Below, one piece after another: positions 55,506 through 64,000 of a stretch of DNA of 64,000 nt. Below the pieces are notes generated by a model. That model was not told the origin of the DNA, ran no database searches, and saw only the letters and a program-made list of their open reading frames with translations. The stretch comes from Octopus vulgaris. Taxonomy: Eukaryota. Each line of letters opens with the position of its first letter. Position 1 is the stretch's first letter. Where the stretch lies: positions 98,208,001-98,272,000 of the forward strand of contig OX597816.1 in NCBI GenBank assembly GCA_951406725.2, in the 5' to 3' direction. The position numbers and the translations under genes were made by a program.

Positions 55506-55553
55506 GTCTTACAGCTGTTTCTGGGATATTAAGGATATCCTTTCACCAGATAA
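55506..55553 (-). ncRNA. Decayed hammerhead motif in a PLE-like end
   Basis: CUGGUGA-AAGGAUAU..AUAUCCCA-GAAA-CAGCUG-UA-AGA. Confidence 0.5.
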
Positions 55554-55569
55554 GATGGTTTAATAGACG

Positions 55570-56010
55570 GAAACATTAGCGTTCAATATAAGGTGTATAT
55601 GTTTGGTGTCAGCGCAGGACATCCCGAGACGAGACGGTCTATTGTTTCATCACATGTGTCGCAGAATTGTTTTGAAGAACGTTAGACAGGTAGTTTTGTT
55701 TGTGTGGGCAAACTATGATCTTGTGCCGCCAATAGAAAAACGTCAGTTTCTGCTTTCAGTCTTGAACTTCTCAGCCACTGATGGGTTGTTGCTTGATCGA
55801 CATCAGCATTTCGACTTCGAAGTATATACTATCCATGCAAACGCTTCTGGCTTCACTGCTTCTCAATTTGTTTCTGCCCGAAATGTTTTCCATTTACATT
55901 GTTTTGTGGAAGTGGTTTCAGCTTCTTCAACTATTTCAGGGTTATTACCAAGTTCCTTTTCGAAATTACAAGCTTCTTTGACAATAAAATGTCATTTTTT
56001 CTTTGAGGAT
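55570..56010 (-). mobile_element. R4/Dong LINE internal fragment
   Basis: QKRLHG*YILRSRNADVDQATTHQWLRSSRLKAETD..LAAQDHSLPT, homologous to ORF 4396. Confidence 0.8.
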
Positions 56011-56013
56011 GCA

Positions 56014-56128
56014 GGGTATATCAGCCGAAACGTTGTGTTAACGACATACAAGATGAGGACAAATATCCGTCAGTTGTAAATATTGTAAATAATGTACATA
56101 ATTCCTAATCTCTTAAATATAGAACTGC
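56014..56128 (+). mobile_element. Third copy of the HHR-bearing element, 5'-truncated inside HHR stem II loop
   Basis: GGGTATATCAGCCGAAACGTTGTGTTAAC..GATGAGGACAAATATCCGTCA..TCTTAAATATAGAACTG. Confidence 0.75.
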
Positions 56129-56129
56129 T

Positions 56130-56990
56130 TGCTCAAGGTGTTAGCCAGTGGTTGGCGCGTGTTTGCGACAGCCTGATTGGAATTGCGCAATAAGCGATAC
56201 GCCATCTGCTCTAGCCACAGCAATCAATTCTATGTAATATATTATCCTGAGTGTTGATCAGGAACCTTGCAGAACCTTGCAGAAAATATGCTGACAGTTA
56301 AGTAGAACGCTTTTGATAGGGTAGACGATAAGAAATGGCGGCTACCCTCACAGTAGTCACTTACCATCTACTCCACGTTTGCATCACCACAGACAACAGC
56401 ACCTGTTTTGTGGCTTGAGTGAATTTGTATCTATTGAATCCATTCAATATTATGCGCTTACTTATCATGACTGTCCAGTTTTGTTTCATTTGCTCGTTGC
56501 GAATCACAACTATGAATGCTACCGAGACTGAGCAGCACACGCTACAAACTGGGATACTGAAGTTATGTACTTCTGACAGCAGTGTCATTATATCTGACGT
56601 CAGGCAATATAAGCTGATAAGCAAAGTGCTAATAAACTATGAGGCGGTAACAGGAGTCAAAATGAACAAAGAAAAGTTAATGGGCTGGCAGCTAAGTACA
56701 TGGAGAGGCAAGTTCTTGCCGTCTAAAACTTTCGTGCGGTGACAGATGAATGGATCTATGAACTGCTTGGAGCATGGTTTGGTCCAGATCTTTTAGTAGA
56801 GAAGAACTGAGAAAAAGAGTGGTACAGGCTGTCTGGGCACATCCAGGAATGAGTCGAGACAAATTTATTGCATGCTCGATCAGAGCAGTAGGCACTATCG
56901 GAATGAAGTGCTCTATTCTGAGCTTGCACTTAAAATTGCCACGCGTTGTCCTCAAAGGTCTTTCTTCCCGTGATAATTATTTGTTAAAAG
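56130..56990 (+). mobile_element. Tx1/L1-clade RT fragment, decayed
   Basis: NAFDRVD; YEAVTGVKMNKEKLMGWQLSTWRGK; KLLGAWFGPDL. Confidence 0.75.
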
Positions 56991-57021
56991 TTTGTTATTA
57001 TCCTGTTTTTTTTTTATTTAC

Positions 57022-57090
57022 CATTTTTAACAGGTGAAAATCTTCTGCTGTGAATCTTCCTTGTATTTCATTTTGTGTTTTGAGAGGCAC
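57022..57090 (-). CDS. Candidate 69-nt exon
   Basis: tgcatcag|VPLKTQNEIQGRFTAEDFHLLKM|gtaaat. Confidence 0.45.
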
Positions 57091-57187
57091 CTGATGCATA
57101 ACAAAACATCATCATCACCATCGTGTAAGTCGTCGTCATCATAATTGACTTTAGCATCATTATTAGTACCAGGAGTATTAGTAATCT

Positions 57188-57189
<2 letters not shown>

Positions 57190-57238
<49 letters not shown>

Positions 57239-57285
57239 AACCGCTACTACCACCACTACCACCACCTCCACCGCCACCACTACCG

Positions 57286-57320
<35 letters not shown>
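57190..57320. repeat. (CTA)n/(CCA)n microsatellite
   Basis: Read directly. Confidence 0.95.
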
Positions 57321-57321
<1 letters not shown>

Positions 57322-57389
57322 TATCCATATGTCTTATTTTGAGTATCCGAATCCCTTAATCCTGTTAGTGATAATGGATCACGTCTTAC

Positions 57390-57434
57390 CTCGTTTTTGA
57401 CACACTGCATGTGATTACTAATAGTAATGTGTTT
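57390..57434 (-). CDS. Candidate 45-nt exon
   Basis: tttcttcatattcag|KHITISNHMQCVKNE|gtaaga. Confidence 0.45.
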
Positions 57435-60051
57435 CTGAATATGAAGAAATACAGGAAGCCTGTCAACTGTTTTACTACGCTACTAGTTGTAATTGAATAA
57501 AGATTGAATTAAGGCAAAATTCATGATATACACCATATGTTTAATTTAAAACTCCCTCGATATTGAAATCTTATTAATTTTCACCAGTCATAATGGATTA
57601 ATAAACATACGAGACTTTAATATTTAATGGAGATATGAATTTACTCTTCATTATATTTCTCATGTCAGTGTGTATGAATAAAATTTTGCAACAATATACT
57701 ACCTATTAGTTAATTACTAATTAGGTTGATTTCTCAGTATACTATTTATTCGTTGGCAAATTTTGACATAACATTTTCTAAACTTAATTTATTCGATTTC
57801 ATATCACTGACATTATTGAATTATTTTCCTCATGTCTATTGAGAGTTTAATGTAAGTTAACACTCTCCGAGGGAAGTTTGCCACTTCTTACAACGTCTAA
57901 AATATGCATTTATTGCTAACGAGGGTTGGTTTTGTATATGCTTCGCTAACCAGATCCAGTAGAATATGTCTACTAAGATCAACATTTCCACTATGCTTGA
58001 AATATCAGATAATGAAACGATTTTAATTCAATCTAAATTTCTTGAAATATTTTCTTTTGCTTTCTTTTTTAGTTGCCAGGGCATGATAATATCTTATATT
58101 TCCATTTCTAAGAAGTATTTGTCCAGGTGGTTAGGGTTTTAAACTTACGATGGCTAGATCGTAGTTCCGATTCCTGAGCTAAATGGTACATTGTGTTCTG
58201 GAGTGAAACATTGTATTTCACGCTTCTCCAGTCTATTCACTCACACACGATTAACATGATTGTCATATGGATTACTTTTATACCATGGAAATCGGGTAAA
58301 TGGTATCAAAAGTCATAGTACTCGAGACAGAATGTCCAAGGATTACCTTAATGTAAAAGAATAGTTTAATTCAGTGAGAACTCTGTGTACTCATAATCTA
58401 ATACAGCTCTATATACTACGCTTATCTCAAACAATCTCATTGGCTTACTTCTATTATTCTACATCGTTGATAATTTTGTGTGTATAGTAGTCCTGCGTTT
58501 CTTTTTTGTAAAGACAGAATAAATGAAATTCGAAATGACTTTTTATTCTACCTGAGAAACATAGCGTGCGGAAAAAAATCAACAACGATAAAAATAGTGT
58601 CTGTTCTACTATTTACTGCTTTGTATGTGAAACTTGAAAGAAAACATCCAAGAGAATATATTTAATGGACATTAATTTTTGTCTGTGATTCATCGCCAAA
58701 ATATTTCGAAAGTATACAAAGCATCCTTTTATAGATGTTCTGATTGGTACGACATTTATTGGTATTTACATCTATCTCTAACTAATATTCCTAATAGTAT
58801 TAATGTAATTATTAATGTCCACCAATTCAATATTTATATTTCAATAAGTTTCTGCTATGTATTATACAACTATAAAATATAACCTTTTTCAATGTCATAT
58901 ATGGAGGAAAATTCACCCCGTATTTGGATTTAATATTTGTATCTAAGATCAACAGGGATCGTGTGGGCTACATACTTCTTTGTTTGAATAGATATTATCA
59001 AGTATTTATTTACTTTGGGTGAAATTATTGGTTAAAATATGAAATCAACTGAATTGGACATTGTTACTTTGGCATAGATATATTATGTACCGTGTTATGT
59101 TCAGAAACTTGTAACTTTAAAACGTACTAGTGTGTTTGAAAGGAGATTGTAGAACTGAACGTATCGCCTGTTGGCTTTCATTTATCAGAAAGTAAAGAAT
59201 TTAGAAAAAAGGTAATGTTATCATTTGGGCTTGATTACGTTAGTAATAGTGCTTTCGATACATTAAGAGCTAATGGGAAATGCTCTTTTATATTACTTTG
59301 TATAGAAATCATTAGTCTTGCGTATATATAAACCAACGATTTTGTGAGAAAATATGATGTACAGTAGCATTGCTAAAACTGCAAAGCACATCAACTAAGG
59401 AAAAGGGGGGAAACAGTAGCAGTAGCAAAACAGGGAGAAAAATGAAATGAACTAAGATGAATCTGGCAATGATTGCCACTGTTGCTGCTGCTGCTGCTGA
59501 TGATGATGATGATCATGATGACGGGGTAGAAGGAGATGAAAAAGCGGAGGAGGGAGTCTGCACTACGATTATGGTGATGATGAAAGATTAGTTAAAGATA
59601 ATTTGCAATTAAGATATATGGATCGCTACAAACATATATTTTAGTATCTGCATAATTCAACACCTCTATGAAACCATGATTCAGTACTCTACTTGTTCTT
59701 ACAAATCTGTCGTGACTGATGTAGCCAATAAAATTGTAGAAAAGCAGCAAAAACACATAATCAACTATTTACATGCCGTTTTAATTTTCATGTTTCTGAA
59801 CAATAATACGATTGTAGCAACAGGGAGGTTCTTTTAAGAATTCTACTAAGATTATAATTACTTAGGCTGTTGGTTATTTAAAGTAAAACAAAATTCATAT
59901 ATGAGCAGTATATAGATAACATGTAGAAGATGTAGTTAACTACATTAATAGAAATCAGGTTTTGAATGAGATTTTAGTATGTAGAGTTATTTCGCGAATT
60001 TTATGTAAAATCTGATCCAGACACATGCAACTATGTTTGTTCTATAAATTG

Positions 60052-60206
<155 letters not shown>

Positions 60207-60222
60207 CATAGATAGAGAAGCA

Positions 60223-60677
60223 AAGGTGTTAACAGTTTTATGAAAATTTAATCCGTGCATACGATCGTTTCGAACGGTAATACTAACATGTAAGAAACAG
60301 AAAAAATTAAAAATCAATTTAATTATAATTATAATTAAATTAATTACATATTACTGTTAATTAGTGATAGTTCATACACAACTAGACTCAGCGCCACTTA
60401 AGCATGTTTTTATCTTTCATCTTTCTTAATCATATCATGAATATCCGAACATATTTTATGACACTCCATCTATTCTTTTATAACAATATGATCTTCTTCA
60501 GATGCATTCTTTTTGATGCATTCTTCTTTCGCAGCGAGGAGAACGGTAATATGTAATTAATTTAATCATAATTATAATTAAATTAATTTTTAATTTATTC
60601 CATGTTTCTTACATGTTATTACCGTTCGAAACGATGGTGTGCATGGATTAAAATTTTATAAAACTTTCAACAGCTTC
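60223..60677. repeat. Fold-back unit (~135-bp arms); arms contain a decayed HHR with an extended stem II
   Basis: 60223-60358 is the reverse complement of 60542-60677; GCA-GCGAGGA-GAACGGUAA..UUACCGUUC-GAAACGAU(C/G)GU(A/G)-UGC. Confidence 0.8.
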
Positions 60678-60857
60678 CCTTTTCCATCTTTAATTGTGTG
60701 GTGAGTTTCTATAGGATACGTATTCAATAAACGCTCATAACACACCTTATACTTGTGACATTTTTATATTCGAAAATTAGTAAGTTACCAATTTAGTATG
60801 AAGAACATCCTTTACTTTAGGAAAGTAAAGGATGAAATAGAACTCAACCTTTCTCAC

Positions 60858-60901
<44 letters not shown>

Positions 60902-60948
60902 ATATATATATGTATCCATATATGTGTGTGTGTGTGTATGTATTTGTG

Positions 60949-60995
<47 letters not shown>

Positions 60996-61042
60996 ATATA
61001 TATATATATGTATCCATATATGTGTGTGTGTATGTATTTGTG

Positions 61043-61111
<69 letters not shown>

Positions 61112-61122
61112 GTATGAAGAGG

Positions 61123-61165
<43 letters not shown>

Positions 61166-61868
61166 AACGTTTCCAGTATAACACTCAGTTGGAAAGGGAA
61201 AAGTCGAAAGAAAAAGGACAAAATAAAGAAAATTCGCCGATTCTCAAAAGCCAGCTAAGAACATTCGCATGCGTAACCATCCATGAAGAACAAATCAACA
61301 GTACAGGAAATCAAAAGCCAATCTTTTAAAAACGGCAGCCACTTTAATAGTAGCAGAATCGCCATCTCACTACATCAACATATTCAAAGCAGTTTGCCAA
61401 CGGACCTTGAGCAACAACACACCTTCGATAAACTCATTGGCTACTACTATCTCCAGGCCACCAGAGATAGACAGAATTCTCTTCAAGCTGAGAATTTGAA
61501 CTTACAGATACAATATTTACATATCGTCTGAGGAAACACAGCTAGATCTCATAATGCATGTAAATGGTTGCATAATCAAGTACCTGCAAGGCTGGAGAAG
61601 TGAACCAACCACAATCCTTGTTGACTCCAAATATTTACAATTATTGATTCCCACACGACAGAACCCCATCCGCAAACTTGCAAGTAAGTTTAATACTACT
61701 ATTGGATAACACTCGATGAAATCTGAAGGTGGACAAGATTTATACTATGCTCTACTATGTTCTTAACAGAATATACCATAACTCCATGTGAGTGTGTGTG
61801 TTTATCCGTCTGTCTGTCTGTATGTGTGTGTGTATGCTTCCACACACGTACCTACATACATGCACATA

Positions 61869-61923
<55 letters not shown>

Positions 61924-64000
61924 ATATATAAATTTAACTTTTTACAACCTGCTGCAGGATATATAAAGTTTTCCTCTGTCCTAAAGTAAGAATAGATGAA
62001 CATTACAGCTTTATGATTTGGGAGAATAAATATCAAGTAGGATTACTCGTTATTGTGGTTTAATGTGTACCAAATTCAAGATGGTAGTGTGAGTTTACCA
62101 TGTAGCTTTCAATTTGGCCAGACAGATATTCAGAAGTATATGTTTTACCCCTTATGCGGTAACGGGTTTTCATCTGGCCTTCAAACTACCAACAAATTTA
62201 ATAATGTATGAAATTAATAATTTGGAAGATGCTCGAGCTTATATCTACTGAAAATAAATCAAGTCGCTGTGAAAAACTATATTTTGAAAATGAAATATCA
62301 AGTAAGGTTAGCGCCGTTATTTTTACAGAAACGGTCGTATAATTATTGATTAGGCAGTATAATATCAACCGATAAAACGTACACTGTGTAGTGTATCTTG
62401 TATATATAGTAACAAATATATTCATATACACACACATATCTGCAATTTGAATTATTACAGCATATATACTTAATATAATAACGTACCAAAAATCATGAAT
62501 TTATTCATATATTGAAGATAATCGAGAAAATAACTAAATATTATATTCACTGAATTGTCGCATAGACGTAAGGAATATGTCTGAGGCATGAAGACTTTAT
62601 CGTTTTAAACGAATGTATCTTGCGGAATAGAAAATATTCTTGAAATCAATAACAAAATTCCTCTAACTAGTAAACGAGAATTGTTAGTGAACTTTCTTGA
62701 CTGCTCGTTTGTGAAGGTAAAACAGCAAAAAAAATATTCAGCTTTTAGTGAAGCAATTTTCCCTTTAGCTTCTGGGCGGCAACTGTAGCAGTTTAATTGC
62801 AATTATTGTCGTACTCTCAGACAATCAACAATGTCGTCTTCAACATAGGCATTTATTGAAACTCGCTAATAGAAGCAATATTTAAAAATAAGGAGTGTCA
62901 GAATTTTAGAGCATACAGATTGTTATGTAGAAATGTGATTGATTATCAAATTTTCTTTTTAAAGTTTTAGCTGCAGAAAGTAATTTGAACTTATGATCAA
63001 TAATATTTAAAGTTGACAACTTATAAAATATTTTTCTCTACATAGTAGTCCATATTTACTGATAATTGATTGATATCCGTAGGTTGCACGTGAATAATGA
63101 TCTTACTTTGTTTTTCTGAGAGTGGTTGAACCATCGAATTAGGAACGTGAGAGGGGAAAGTTTGCATTGGTTTTAGTCGTTTATATCGACCCCATTGATT
63201 TATCTGCTACTAAATTTCGTCGCTCATTTACGATGCTAAATGTAATGTGAATACTGAAGTTAGGGGAAATGAAAAATATTAATACGACATCGTCATACTG
63301 TTCACTGAAAAGTCATTGGATGAGTCCAGACTATTGTTGTAAGCCCTTACCGCAAGTGCAGCCCAAAGATATCGTGCCTGGACAATAAACACGGTTGTTA
63401 AGCGGAATTCGTAATGACATGGTCTTACCTGCGAGAGTAATTTTAAACACAAGCGTATCTTTGAAAATGTTAAACTACACATTGGCATAAATAAAAGAGA
63501 CATAATGAAAGAGACATTACTAAAAGAGGCGGGCTTTGACACAATGCAGATTTGTGTACGTTTCCTTAATTCTTTTACGAAATATTTCCACACACTATTA
63601 TGATTACAAGATGCATAATATACTTATATGAATTATTCTATTTAGGGTTGATTTATATAATATACAAGCATAAATGTGTTTCCAGAATTAGAAATACTCA
63701 TAATTTAAGGAGCAGCTGTAACCTGTTCAAACACACCCTTCCTTAGCAGAGAAAATATAATAATGAGAATGAGGTTTCTGAAGCACGTCCATTGTTCAAG
63801 AACTATTTTTTCTTATTATAGAACTGTCATTAACAATGCCAACGCAAAGCAATGCAAAAATAAAACAATCAAGTGATTTTAAATGATTTAACATTTCTTC
63901 TGAATTGTCTAGTGGTTGGCAATTTTCATAAATTACAAAACTCGGGATTTATACTTTATTTTTGATAAATGCGATTGGATTTGATTAAAAATTTAATTAA

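Overview
AT-rich, microsatellite-dense eukaryotic DNA dominated by decayed transposable elements. The SINE, LINE and microsatellite content looks like an octopus (cephalopod) genome; this is inferred from recalled SINE sequences and is not verified. Recognisable elements: R4/Dong-type restriction-like-endonuclease (REL) LINEs, including a near-full-length copy at 1.6-6.35 kb with nested insertions; RTE and Tx1/L1 fragments; four mariner remnants; one DD37D/maT remnant; several tRNA-derived SINE families; nested MITEs; and many Penelope-like (PLE) ends lying in (TA)n tracts. No intact long host CDS is present. There are candidate small minus-strand exons at 43.9-44.7 kb and 53-63.5 kb, and a disrupted cadherin-like island at 14.9-15.8 kb. 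The most notable signal is a set of minimal type I hammerhead ribozyme (HHR) motifs in two settings. (i) A short element joins a tRNA-like Pol III head to an HHR and a conserved 3' tail; it has 3 copies, one with the head, and resembles a SINE/retrozyme hybrid. (ii) Several unrelated fold-back units sit in (TA)n tracts and carry HHR motifs, some at the axis of the inversion. All alignments, translations and folds were done by eye.
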